In this document: positions 23,875 to 37,841 of the stretch, in pieces
Layout: the number at the start of each line of letters is the position of its first letter
Numbering within the stretch: position 1 is the first letter of the stretch
DNA from: Selaginella moellendorffii
Lineage: Eukaryota; Plantae; Lycopodiophyta
DNA: 64,000 nucleotides
Assembly (NCBI RefSeq): GCF_000143415.4
Contig: NW_003314297.1
Span: forward strand, 558,001-622,000
Direction: 5' to 3'
The notes under the pieces: generated by a model
The model's database searches: none
The model's input: only the letters and a program-made list of their open reading frames with translations
What the model was told of the DNA's origin: nothing
Program-made: the position numbers and the translations under genes

Positions 23875-26460
23875 ATATAAAGAATATAGAAATAAAATAC
23901 AAAAATATAAAAACCCTAGCTTATATACAAAAGTGAGTGGTATGGATTCAAACTAATCCAATGGCTATCAAAATCCAACTATGCTAATATTAGTATATGA
24001 TTGTTATTATTAGTATATAGCATGTTAGAGTTCTTTAGTTGCCAAGCCAAGATCTAGAAGAACATTAGGAGGAGGCACCAATGGATCTGTAGGTGATAAT
24101 AGTTATTTTTTATCCCTTTGTACAAAGTATTTTAGTTGCTATATATGCATAATTTATAGAGGATTGGTTTGTTGAATATTATGCCAAACTTTATAAATTT
24201 GCGATCCAATTTGTTATAGCACCCAATATAGTCCCTTCCATTGGGCAAAAAACCCCTTAGACAATCCACATACTGTAAGATTGGAAAATAAATTAATATT
24301 AAATGATCCACTTTATACTCCATAGGTGGATGATGATGGGAGTTGTAATGCCATTATTGTCCCATTTATACACAACCTAAGTTTTTGGTAAACTCTACTT
24401 AGATAAATGGAAAAATATTTGTTATATACTAATCTTAGGACCTAGTATTGATATCTTATGGCAATTACAAAGATAAACTATAACTTTGTTTGTAGTATCG
24501 AATCATGGCCATATAGGAATTTGTATGGTGAAGCACCAATAAAACTCTATACCTTTATGACATATGTATACCAAAGAGATAGCAAATAACCATCCTAATT
24601 TAAATGTTGAAAGTTTATATATTTCGTGATCATCCATTTGAAAGTTCAAATGAGCCATTCCACCAAACTATTTATTTATAGATGATAACCATTTGTGAAA
24701 GTGTGGTGTATCCCTAGTCAAAATGTTAAAAATGTGAAATACCTCAGCCATAAATGCAAAACTATAATTTGAGAGAATCCACTCCAAATAAAAATGTTAG
24801 AACACTACTCAATTGAGGAGGAAATATCTAACATAGTTGCATACACACTAATAAAAGTGCTAACTTCCAACTAGTGAGTTAAGTAGTCAAAAGTAATAAT
24901 GATATACTTATTGCTATTAGTCGATCTTGAAAAAGGCCTCATTAAATAAAGTGCCACCAACTCAAACAAATAAAAAACTGCAATTGACTCCAACCATCCT
25001 TCTATAGTATGAGGGGGAGTATTACAAACATGGCATCAAATGTAACTACACATATACCAAATAATATCATGTTGCATCTTGAGCTAATAGAAAGATTTAT
25101 ATAGCTTCTTAATCATATAATGATGTCCCATGTGCCCATCTAGAATAAGAGAATCATGATAGGCATGGAGATAACGTGGAATAAAAATTGAAGGCACCAC
25201 TAGCTATAAATGATCATCAGAATCTATCCCCAAAAAATAAAAAAAGGTCATATTTAAAGTGATATTGAGAAAGTAAATGCCATATCTTCTCTTTCACTTA
25301 AACTGATTTTGGGAGTCAAAGGTATTTGCAATCCAATGTTTTATATGTTTTGAGTCTGAGATAGGTTTTAAACTCTTCTATTGTCAAAAGAAGGTAAATT
25401 TTGTTTTGCACTTTATGGATACTAAACATCAAATATAACAACCACTAAGGTATGGAATCTTTGTCCAGAAAAACTATAGATAGTGAAATAATAAGCTTGT
25501 TAGAAACATGGGAAGAAAGCGAAGAAGAAAAAACAACTTGAAAAAAGGCATCAATGTTAGCTATAAAACTTTTTAGGTGATGAACAACCTCAAAATCATA
25601 TATTTGAAGCTTCAAAGCATATGACCAACCAAATTCTTCCACTTCAATAATGAAGTAATTATAGTATAATCATCTTTTAGTAATGTCTGAGAAGTTTATA
25701 AATTTGTATAAAGTTTCTTTAAACCCCAATCTACTATTAAATACTCCTTTTTTGTTGTAGATTAATTCACCTTCACTAGTTGTAATGTACAATTAATATA
25801 TGCAATGGGATGTCATTATTGCATTAACACACTTCTAAAACCAATATCAAAAACATCTATGCATAAAATGAAAAGTTAGGCATAGTTAGGATATGCTAAA
25901 ATTAGAAGAATTGCCAATAGCCTCGAAAATAGAGTTTCTATGCTACTTTTATAAGTCAAAGATTCAAAACCTATAAACACCCTCTCACAATTCACATACC
26001 AAATAAAAGATGGCATTGACAACTTTAACAATGTTTACAATGGTGTAGTATGATCAAAATAATAATCAAAAAAATAGTTGATATATTGCCTTTTGTCTAA
26101 AAAGTGTTGCAAATCATTTATACATATTGGAGTGAGGAACTTTAAAATAGCCATAAGTATGTTAGTATCAATTTGTAAACTTTCACAAAAAATATAGTAC
26201 CTAAGATAAGTTATATTCTTAGACTCAAATATGCACTTCAACCATTTCAACTTCAAATCAACTTCCTACAACTGATTCAACACTTTACAAACATCACAGA
26301 TGTGCTCCTCCCATATTCACTCTAAGTGGATCAATACATTATCGATGAAGTCAGCAATCACTTCTAGTATATCATAAAGAACTTTATCCATCATCTGCTG
26401 GAAAATTGTTAAAACATTGTTCAAATTGAATAGTATCATCAAGAACTTGTACAAACTAAA
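23875..26460 (-). mobile_element. Old, AT-drifted copy of the same gypsy family (3' LTR, integrase, RNase H, RT remnants)
   Basis: Collinear with the family copy at 51000-53460 (reverse-complemented) but with heavy C>T/G>A change; remnants EYKVDHL..FP and ADFIDNVLIH. Confidence 0.8.
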
Positions 26461-28189
26461 TATACAGGAGCAAGTGGTTCGGATTGAAACCAATCTGACG
26501 GCTACCAAAATCCCACTATACTAATATTAGTATACGGCATCGTAGCTGTACACTTGGCCCTCACATCATCCCCTCCTCTCAGAATAATGGAAGACCATCA
26601 GGGTTCTCTTGTAGATGGGCCAAGATCTAAAGGAATGTCAAAAGGAGGCATCGGCGGATCTGTAGGTGGTATTAACTGCTCTTGATCCCTTTGTATGAAA
26701 TGTTTCAACTGCTGCACATGCACAATCTTTAGAGGATCAGCCTGCTGGACGTCATGCTGAACCTCATAAACTTGTGGTCCAACTTGCCACAACACCTGAT
26801 ACGGTCCTTTCCACTGCGCAAGGAGCCCCTTAGATAAACCATATACCATAAGATGGGGAAAATGGACTAACACCAAATCATCCACTTTGTACTCCACAAG
26901 TGGACAATGATAGGAGTTGTATTGCCATTGTTGTCCCACTTGTACATAGCCTAAGTGTTCGGTAGACTCCGATCGGACAAGTGGAAAAATGTTCGTCAAA
27001 TACTGATCCCATGACCTAGCATCAGCAGCTCATGGCAATCATAAAGGTAAACCCATCTCTGTTGGTAATATTAGATCATGACTATATAAGAGTTTATATG
27101 GTGAAGCACCAACAATACTCTGCACCCCTATGATATATGCATACCGAAAAGACGGCAAATAACCATACCAATCCGAATGTTGAAAGTTCATATACTTCAT
27201 AATCATCCCCTTGAATGTCTGAATAAGCCGTTCCACCAGACCGTCTGATTGTGGATGATAAGCACTCGTGAAAGTGTGGCGTATCCCCAACTGAGACGTC
27301 AAAACATGAAATGCCTCATCCATAAATGCGAGACCATTATCCAAAAAAATCCACTCTGGACAAAAATGCTGGAACACCACTCAGTTGAGAAGGAAGTATC
27401 CAACAGCAGTTGCAAAGGTGCTAGCAAGAGCACCAATTTCCACCCAACAAATCAAGTAGTCAGAAGCAATAATAAGATATTCATTGTTAGTGGTCAACCA
27501 TGGAAAAGGTCAAGTCAAGTAGTTAGAAGCAATAATAACATTGCCAGCAATCGACCGTGGAAAAAGTCCCATAAGATCAAATGCCATAAACTCAAATGGA
27601 CAGGAAATTACAATTGACTCCAACTGTCCTTCCATAGCACGAGGGGGAGTATTATGAGCTTAGCACCAAACGTAGCTACACACATACCAAATAATATCAC
27701 GTCACATCTCCGGCCAATAGAAAGACTTACACAGCTTCTTGGTTATATGACGATGTCCCATATGCCCACCTAGAACAGAAGAACCATGGTAGGCATGGAG
27801 AAACCACGGAATAAAGATAGAAGACACCACTAGCCATAAATGATCATTATGATCCATCCCCACAAAATAAAGAAGGCTGTCTTCAAGGCGATATTGAGAA
27901 TGTAAATGCCGGAAAAGCAAGTTGTCAACAAGTGATGAAAGATTCTCAAACCCATCTCGAAGCCTTCAAATCTATGGCTCAATCTTTTGAGCTTCGCAAA
28001 CCTCATCAAGAGAAGGTAGATCTTGCTCTGCGTCTTGTGGACATTGAACGTCAAGTACAGTAACCGCCATCGGCACAAGATCCTCGTCTAGAAAATCTAT
28101 AGATGCTGGAACAATAGACTCATTAGAAACATGAGAAGAGAGTGGAGAAGGAAGAGGAGCTCGAGAAAGGACATCAGCATTAGCCATAG

Positions 28190-28851
28190 TGTAGTGCATG
28201 TGATCATAGAATGAGATTTGGATATACTGTCACCGTGGATCCTTGGAACTTTAGGGGATAAATGAGGATAAAATAGCCACTAAGGGCTCTCTCATCAAGC
28301 AAGTGCCCCTTTTCCAGTTGGCTTAAGGGGAGAAAAATAAGGTGCACTACATGTGGTATCAGAGCAAATGGCATAGGTTCAATTCTTATTGATTAGTGGC
28401 TACTTAAAAATATAATATATCCTTAAGCAAGGTATATTCCTACCCCTAAATTTCAAATTGTATGTATTGGACATCCATGCGTACGTCCTTCCTCCTGTGT
28501 GGAGTATCCACGGACGAAGGTATCCACCATGGGACAGCGGTACGGGTGGATGACTAGTTGCCTCACATGGAATTGCTAGTCTACACAATGGAAGGATTGG
28601 TAGATTCAGTGCGGAAATGGAAGTGCTAGTTCCCCTTAGCTCAGTAGGGGTTTTTAATCAATAGTCAATAAGGACATTGACATTTCTAAGGGGGGTAAGT
28701 GTAATGCATGTGATCATGGGATGAGATTTGGATATAGTGTCACCATGGATCCTTGGGATAAATAGGGATAAAATAGCCATTAAGGGCTCTTTCATTAAGC
28801 AATTGCCCCTTTTCCAGTTGGCTTAAGGGGAGAGAGATAAGGTGCGCTACA
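28190..28851 (+). mobile_element. TRIM (miniature LTR retrotransposon)
   Basis: LTRs 28190-28351 and 28700-28851 (TG..CA); PBS tggtatcagagc 28354-28365; G-rich PPT before 28700; 5-bp TSD CATAG. Confidence 0.92.
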
Positions 28852-29946
28852 CATAGAATTGGTTGCAATACGACCAACCAAGTTCTTTCGCTTCAATAAT
28901 GAAGTAACAGTAGCATGGTCACCTTCAAGTAACATCCAAGAACCATATAAATATACATGAAGTTTCTCGAAACCCCAAACTACTGCTAAACACTCATTCT
29001 CTGTCGTGGAGTAGTTCATCTCCGCTAGTTGTAATATACGGCTTATATATGCAATGGGATGGCTCTGACCAGGCACACTCAAGCTCTCTTGCATTAACAC
29101 ACCTCCAAAACCAATTTTAGAAGCATCCACGCGCAAAATAAAAGGTTGAGTATAGTCAGGATATGCTAAAACTAGAGGAGGCATCAATAGCTCTTTGAGA
29201 TCCCCGAACACCCACTCACAATCCGGAGACCAAATGAAAGATGACGTTGATGACTTCAGCAATGCTCGCAACGGTGCAATGCGATCAAAAAGATGATCCA
29301 CAAAACGGCCGAGATACTGCACTTTGCCCAAGAAGCACTACACATCATTCACACACTTCGGAATAGAGAACTTTAGAATAGCCACAAGTTTGTCAAGATC
29401 AACTTGCAAACCCTCACGAGAAATACGGTACCCAAGATAAGTTGTGTTCTTGGACCCAAACATGCAATTTGACTTCTTCAGCTTTAAACCAACGTCACGT
29501 AACTGATCCAACACTTTATAAACATTACGAATGTGCTCCTCCCATGTCCCCTCCGAGTGGATCAAGACATTATCAATGAAGTCAGCAGTCACCTCTGGCA
29601 TATCGCAAAGAACCTTGTCCATCATCCGCTGGAAAGTTGTTGGAGCATTGTTCAAACCAAATGGCATCACTAAGAACTCGTACAAAACAAATGGTGTATA
29701 AAAAGCAGTCTTAGGAATATCGTCTTCGGCCATTGGTACTTGCCAGTACCCAGAAGCAAGATTTAGCTTGGTGAACCAACGATTTTGCCCTAGACGATCC
29801 AAGAGATTAGCAGTGTGAGGAAGAGGGTACACATCTGGGATCATCACTTTGTTTAACGGACAATAGTCAATGCAAAAACAAATACTCCTATCAAACTTTG
29901 TCACAAGATGAGGTTCATATGCCCAAGGACTCCACAACTTCCGAAT

Positions 29947-32900
29947 TGTCATGAATGTGACTTCGGGTATCGAAAGTTACCTGTCGGCCAGTCCTTACGG
30001 ACACTCTTACCTTACTGCCACGTGTAAGCAACCAAAGGGAATGACTTGAGAGACGGTCCATGAGGTTCAAATATAGAGGGAAAGGGCCCATGAATAAGAG
30101 TGCACCCCCTTTTCTAATTGGTTAAGGGTCTTGGGATATTTGGGGTTAAGTGTCCTTGGGTTTGAATAGTATTGGGCTAGGTGACCTTCCGGGAAGTCCA
30201 AACTCAGGAGCTTACATTTGGTATCAGAGGGGTCTCGGGTCCGACTCTATTGGTTGGCTAAGGGAATCACACCACATGTTGATTGACATTTGGCTGGTCC
30301 AGTTTGGTTGGCTAAGGGAATCACACCACATGTTGATTGACATTTGGCTGGTCCAGTTTGCTCCCGCTAGGCTCGACCCGAGGGGTAGGCTGGTCCAGTT
30401 TGCTCCCGCTGGGCTCGACCCGAGGGGTAGGATGTCAAGAGAGCAAGGCTCTCGGGAGAGTCAGCTTCCGTTCACGAGGGCGTGAACTTGTAGGGAAGCG
30501 TGGTGGATTGTAAGCAACCAAAGGGAACGACTTGAGAGACGGTCCATGGGGTTCAAATATAGAGGGAAAGGGCCCATGAATAAGAGTGCACCCCCTTTTC
30601 TAATTGGTTAAGGGTCTTGGGATATTTGGGGTTAAGCGTCCTTGGGTTTGAATAGTACTGGGCTGGGTGACCTCCCGGGAAGTCCAAACTCAGGAGCTTA
30701 CACCACGATGGCAGAAGGTCAATATTGTTGGACCCTTTATCAATCCCTCTTGTGCTAGTGGAGTTAACTGGGCATTTTAAGTGTACTTAAACTGGACGAG
30801 CATAAAGACGGAATTCCTACGTGTTATTAGCTAAGCATACTTAGCCTGGTAAAGAGTTCCCGTCTCATTATGTCTTGCACTGGCTAGTGACAAGAACCCT
30901 CGCGTATTGAGATTAGTCCCTCAATATCGCTGGATGATAGCTTACCGTGTCTGCCAAACACCCTCGCTATCATGCCCTTTGTGTTAGTCTCATTTCAGTC
31001 CCAAATGCTATTTATGGAAAGTGTCTAGATTCGCTCATTTGGCATATCTACGGAATGTAGAGATCGGCCTGTTCATCCCGTGTCCAAATTCACAATCTAG
31101 CGCCATTCCATATTTAGTAAGTTTCAAGCTTATCCCAGAGACTAACTCCTGATACTAAAGGAGGCTTGGGGTGAAAGCCCAAAGCGTGTGTTTCTGAAGG
31201 GGGGGGGGGGGCAGGGAGATATGGAGGGATAGTGGGTAGGTCGGGCATGGCTGACCAACCTGAGGCATAGTTTAGCTCCCACTTGCGTGCTTGTCCTTGT
31301 TCTGCGTCCGGCTTGGGTCTAAGCCCAAGTTCCACACCATGCTAGCTGGTGGAGTACCCATGTCCTCGCGTTAGGCCACCGGTATGCCGAAATAACACCA
31401 AACTCTGTTTGGCTCCGTTTTGCATGTTGGTCCTGGCATTGGGATACTGGTTGCTCCAGGACTGTTCCAAGTCGCTCCGGGCTCCTGTCCCTTCGCTCCT
31501 TGGGCTTTATGCTCGGGAGTTGCTCTGTGGTTTGGTTTCATCATTCCTTAGCTCCACGCTTGGGAGTTTGGCACCATTCCTTCATTCAATAGCCCAAGGC
31601 CCTGAACCTCGAGTTCCGCACCATGTTCCTTTGGACACGTGGCATGTGTCACGTGGCACAAAGAGGGTTTAGGTTCCGCTTCGTGGTGTTATCCTATGGT
31701 AAATCACCATAGGATAAAGGGTCAAAACCACGTGTGCTACATTTGGTATCAGAGGATACGTCTCAGCGAGTACTATATAATGAGATTGGGCAACTAGTCT
31801 TGTTGCATACACAAAGATGAAAACAATGATCTGAGTGGGTACACGTTTGGGTGCAAAGACTTCGCATTGGTTCCTTGGGTATGGATTTGGTCACCTTGTT
31901 GTACCTTATGATGTGAGCTTGCTCTTGGGCTCATAGGATGGATTTGAGGTGTACCATTTTGCACGAGTTTTCGCTTGGGCTCGTGAGTGAGGCGCATTAG
32001 CAACTCAAGGTTGCACTTTGAGTTGGCAGGATTAATGTTAGCCTATCAGTGGTTCCATAAGTTGTTCCATGTACCGTGGGTGAAAGCAAACCTTCCCTGA
32101 GTTTGTTATGAGTGGCAAATAGGCTAGTCCATAACTGTTTAGCATGGCACTAGTGGATCTTTCCTTGGCATGATTACAAGTGAATCAATTAAGACTATAG
32201 GGATGAGTCTATTGATTCAAGTAATCATTGTAGTGCTCTCTCATACACTTTTCTTGGATTGAACTGAAGGCAGTGCGAAAGCAAGCTTGAGGTTTAGTCA
32301 AAGATAAGACCAAAAAGAGAGTCATCAGGGACGAAGGATCAAATATGTAAATCATCTTCTCTTTTTGGAGAGATGATTTGCAACGAAGTGTGATTCATTA
32401 CTTGTGTTCACATTATGCAATCAAGAGTCCCTACCTTGATGCATGTTGGAGATGATGGTCTTACAAATGGTGAGTTGTGGGATGGATAACAGTGAAGTGC
32501 TAAACCATTTTGTCTAGACTTGCTATTGGAAGACTTGGGTTGCAATGCTCAATTCTTTTTCGGGGAATCTTGCTATTGCTCTGGAGTAGCTTGGTATTGG
32601 ATTAATTTTGAGTTTGGTCGGAAAGAGAGTGGTATGAGTTTGTCTGTGTTGTGAACAAAAGTTAATGATGTTCAGTGTTGTAAATCTCTATCGGTGGAGT
32701 GTGGCATTTATGTTGCATTTTGTCGAATTGAGTTGGCACTTGATGCTCACATAAACCTTTGAAGTAATGACATTGATATTGCTCGTGGTGTTGCTCAATT
32801 GATGATCAAATCATTATGATTTTATATCATATCCATGTGATAATGAGCAATGTGTTTACGAAGTTTCTTGGTTAAACGATGATCAACCCTAAAGTGGTTG

Positions 32901-35900
32901 ATGGTGAAGCTAGTCTACTTGCATGTAGTAGCATTGTAGTAGTTTCGACTGAATTCTCAATGATGATTCATTATGCTAAGCTTAAGTTGGTTCTTTGTTC
33001 CTTGAGGGTTTGCCCATTAAGGTGTTGGTAAGGGTTGTAACATTCATTTGCTATGGCTTGTTGGTTTATCTGTTAGCACTTGGAGTAGATTGTTGGATGG
33101 AAAAAGTGTGTAGTTAAGGCATTGATATTACTAGCACTTGTGTTAGTGGAAGTGGCATTGTTGATTCAAGTGATGAGGAATTTTTCTTAGAACTTGATTT
33201 TCCATGTCATTTTTTTTGTTAATGTTTTAGCTTCATATTGGATCTTGAAGGTGATTGAAGAAGAGTGTTAGTGCAATATGGATATCTGAAGATGTAGTCT
33301 TCGTGATCAAGCTTTAGATATTCACTTTGCATTTTTGTGGATGTCGGAGTCGAATGTCGAAAGTATGGGCAAAAAGATGTTCAAGGCTTACACATACTAT
33401 GGGTTATAAGAATTTGTGTTGAGGTGAACCTATGTGAAGTTGTTAGTAGGAGGAAGTTGGTTGAGTTTTAGAAGTTTGTATTCCTAAACCGAGAGTCATT
33501 CTTTCTCTAGGAATGGAAAATTTTCCACAAATTTTTTTAGACTTTTCCGATGGCTAATCTATTGATCACTTTATCTGAAAACCATTCCGTTTTCATAAGC
33601 CAGTACAAACTAGTGAAGGGGTTAGAGTTGACTTCGGTTGGTTTAGACCTTAGTAGGTAGTTTGTATGATGCAGCCCGAAAGGAATGCTAACTTTTGGGG
33701 CTAAAGCAATTGAGTTGGATAGAGTCTGGAGTTGGTGTAGAAAAGTGGCCATTGCACTTTTCTAGAAAGGTGACCCTTGTGCCTTTCTTTTGTAGCATTA
33801 TGCTAGGTGGTAGGTTGCACCTTGCATTTTGTTAAGACTCTATGAGAGTAGTGAGCTCTCACTGATCTTGACTTGGTCTTGGTGGCCCTGCGCCTTGGCT
33901 GACGATGGTGATGTCCAACTTAGTTATTTGAAGTTGAGATGTTGGTACCCGTACTATAGCTTTGTTTATGTGAAGGTTGTGTACCGATATGAGTCCATCT
34001 CATAGTCTTCACTTGAGTTTTGACTAAGTGTTGATCATGCATAGCTAGCCTCTTCAAGGCATGCTCAGAGCTATTGACTAGATGTGTTAATAAGCTTATC
34101 GCGATTGAGTTGGATTCGAGTGGTCATTTAGTTTGTGCTTGTCTATGAACTTTTATCTTATACTGGAGGTATCACGTTTATGTTGGACAAGTGTATAACT
34201 CGATGATGTGAGTTTAGTGTTTGGGTTTCGTAAAAACAAGTTGAAAAAGTGATGGTTAGTTGCTTTGCGACTAATGATTACTTCGTCGAGGACTGTTTGA
34301 CACTTGCTTCACTCGATGAAGGTTTAGCAGTGATGGGCTTGCTTTATCGGATGGTGTTGCAGAGGATCGTGTCGTTAAACTTTCATGGGTTTTCCATGTT
34401 GGTATGTTGACTCTACTTCTGTTGATATCATCTGAATACGTTTAGTCTGTAGTGTTGGATTTCATAGAGTCTTGGATGTGGTGATTCACTCCTTGAGGGT
34501 GTTATCTATAATTGAGTTTTGCTGAAGAATTGGTCTTGGATACTAAGTAAAGTATTTTCAACCTTGGTTAACTTAGTTGCTAAAGAGTTTTGAGTGGTGA
34601 TTCACTCTTGCTTTCTTCTAGCTTTGTTATGGTGTTGATGGCATTAAAGTGATGCTTTGTCATTGATATTATTGATGTTGAGATTCAAGTGAAATGAGAT
34701 GTTTATCCTTAGGATTGATATCGAGTTTCATTAGTCTTGATAGAGATAGTGTTGATGATTTGGTTGTAGCTTTGTGTTATAAGCATTCACGCATTGCTAG
34801 TTAGCAATCGTCTTGACGTTCAAATAAACTGAATGGCAAGTTCAGTTAGTTGTGTTCTAGACGAGATTGTTTAGTAGAGGATGAGTTTTAGCTTTTCCTT
34901 GAAAGGTGATTTAGTCGTAGACAACACTAACTTTACGAGATGAAGAGTTAGTGATTGATATTGAAATGTTTGAATCCTTATTAGATTTGAGTTGGAATAT
35001 ATCGATCATTGATAATTCTTCTTGTGCTTGTTATGAAGTGAGTTACGTCTTGATATAGATGGATTCATGGAGGATCATTTAGTGATCACTTGTTAAGCAT
35101 AGCTTCATTATACTTGGTTTTTGGAATGATGCAACATTAGCTTTGCATTATGAAGTTTAGCTTATAGATGTGTTGAGGAGGATATTGTGGGTTAAGCCAT
35201 GATTTTTTCTTTAGCATTAAAGTTAGTTCATGCGAGACTTGTGATCATTATTAGGTAAAATTTAGTTATGGGCTTCTTCGAGCTTTTGGTTCTTTGAGTT
35301 TTATGCTCATTGTTCTATTTGTTAGAAGTTGTTGGGGAAGGTATTTTGGCTTGTTAGTTTCGATGTTGAAATTAGTATTTGCATCTGGCAATCATTGGTG
35401 ATGATTGACTATCATCTAGTATAGTTGATTATCCTAGTCAAAAGGTTTTGCTTGATTGTTGTTGATATAGAATGATTCGTTGTTCTTCGGGATGGTAAAT
35501 TCTTTCTTCAACGATGATTATGCATCTCTTTCTTGATGGGATGAATAAAGATCTTCATGATAGTTAATTATTCTCTTTGATGGCTTTTGGCTTTTTGCAA
35601 TACCACATGTTTCTTGTGGTTTGCTTTGGATTGGTTTTTTGGGTTTCAGACATCGGTAAGATGTTACTGACACATGCTTGAGTAACTTTGGTTCCTTAGT
35701 ATTGTTGACCAGGATCTATTCAAATTAACTTCTGTGATAATTGGCATGAATGGGTGTTTATTGGTCTTACCACATTCATTTTGTTCTATTGATTATTGCT
35801 CAAGTTAGTTCTGATAGGTTGGGATGTTATTTCCTTTGGGTGGTACATTCATGAGCATTATGCTTGTCAGTCGATGATACTTTGTGTTCTTTGAGTTATC

Positions 35901-37841
35901 TTTCATAAGTTGTTTGGCATTCTATTTGCAATCTTTGATAGTTAAGCTTTCTCATTAAGTTACTTGATGATATACTTACTATTGAATTTTGTTGAATAGT
36001 GAATCCTATGTTTTCCAACGATAGTGATCTTGGTGGTTCCTGTTCTATAATACTGGTTTATCGGATGATAACTTACTTGGAATACTTTTGTGTTCTAATC
36101 TAATATTTAATCACTGGTAATTAAGTCTCTAAGATATCATTGTCTCTGACTTTGATATTGTCCATCTATTGATCTTTGAGCTTGGGCTAGTATTAGGCAA
36201 ACTGGCTTTGGCACTTCGTGTGCATGGTGAAATCTTTAGTTATGGGGTAGCTACTGTAGACTGGTCACATAACCTACCTCTCTATCGATATTCCTTATTC
36301 CGTTAAAAGGGCGTGACCGTGTAAACAACTCTAACTGCCTATTTACAGTAGTCTATCTAAACCTTACCGACGGGTTTGGTTTCTTTGCTCATGAGGGTTG
36401 GGGCCTTTAGCTTCTCTCTCTATGTTCCTACAAGCAGGGACGTATCACACTTTTGTAAGCTGGGTGACTCCCAGAGCAGCAAGGGTGGCTGACTCCGTTG
36501 GTCATTTCCTTGTCGGCGACGGCCGGAAGGTGTCTGAGCTGGTAGTGCATCCGCGTTAGACAAAGAGGTTGCCTCCTAACTCATTTAAGTTGGTGAATTT
36601 CTCACATAGTGTGAATACTGTGAACTTTTTCTTGAGTTGTTTCCTTGGCAATATTCTAGACTCGAGTATACATCGATGAGGACATTGATCTTCCCTAGGG
36701 GGGGAGAGTGTCGCAAATGTGACTTCAGGTATCGAAAGTTACCTGTCGGCCAGTCCTTACGGACACTCTTACGTTACTGCCACAATGGCAGAAGGTCAGT
36801 ATTGCTGGACCCTTTATCAGTCCCTCTTGTGCTAGTGGAGTTAACTGGGCATTTTAAGTGTACTTAAACCGGACGAGTATAAAGACGAAATTCCTACGTG
36901 TTATTAGCTAAGCATACTTAGCCCGGTAAGGAGTTCCTGTCTCGTTATGTCTTACACTGGCTAGTGACAAGAACCCTCGCGTATTGAGATTAGTCCCTCA
37001 ATACCGCTGGATGATAGCTTACCGTGTCTGCCAAACACCCTCGCTATCATGCCCTTTGTGTTAGTCTCATTTCGGTCCCAAATGCTATTTATGGAAAGTG
37101 TCTAGATTCGCTCATTTGGCATATCTACGGAATGTAGAGATCGGCCTGAACACAATGGTGTTCGTCCCGTGTCCAAATTCACAATCTAGTGCATTCCATA
37201 TTTAGTAAGTTTCAAGCTTGTCCCAGAGACTAACTCCTGATACTAAGGGAGGCTTGGGGTGAAAGCCCAAAGCGTGTGTTCCTCAAAGGGGGTGGGGGGC
37301 TTATGGGGGGTTCCAAATGTATAATAGGGATAGTGGGTAGGTCGGGCATGGCCGACCAACCTAAGACATAGTTTAGCTCCCACTTGTGTGCCTGTCCTTG
37401 TTCTGTGTCCGGCTTGGGTCTAAGCCCAAGTTCCACACCATGCTAGCTGGTGGAGTACCCATGTCCTCGCGTTAGGCCACCGGTATGCCGAAATAGCGCT
37501 AGACTCCGTTTAGCTATGTTTTGTGTGCTGGTCCTGGCATTGGGATGTTGGTTGCTCCAGGACTGTTCCAAGTCGCTCCGGGCTCCTGTCCCTTTGCTCC
37601 TTGGGCTTTATGCTCGGGAGTTGCTCCATGGTTCGATTCTATCATTCCTTAACTCCACGCTTGGGAGTTTGGCACCGTTCCTTCGTTCAGTGGCCCAAGG
37701 CCTTGAACCTTGAGTTCCACACCACATTCCTTTGGACACGTGGCATGTGTCATGTGGCACAAAGAGGGTGTAGGTTCCGCTTCGTGGTGTTATCCTATGG
37801 TAAATCACCATAGGATAAAGGTCAAAACCACGTACACTACA
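29947..37841 (+). mobile_element. Large non-coding LTR element (LARD-like)
   Basis: LTRs 29947-31741 (including the Cassandra insert) and 36709-37841; PBS tggtatcagag at 31744; PPT agggggggagag 36697-36708; TSD cgaat/caaat; ~5 kb T/G-rich interior without ORFs. Confidence 0.88.
30023..30702 (+). mobile_element. Cassandra-type TRIM with 5S rRNA-derived sequence in both LTRs
   Basis: 194-bp LTRs 30023-30216 and 30509-30702; PBS at 30219; 5-bp TSD CCACG. The LTRs contain gttaagcgtccttggg..tagtactgggctgggtgacctcccgggaagtcc, resembling the plant 5S rRNA A-box/IE/C-box region. Confidence 0.9.

Noticed and set aside
30145-30685. True 5S rRNA genes
   Set aside because: Only a diverged ~55-bp internal part, embedded in TRIM LTRs.
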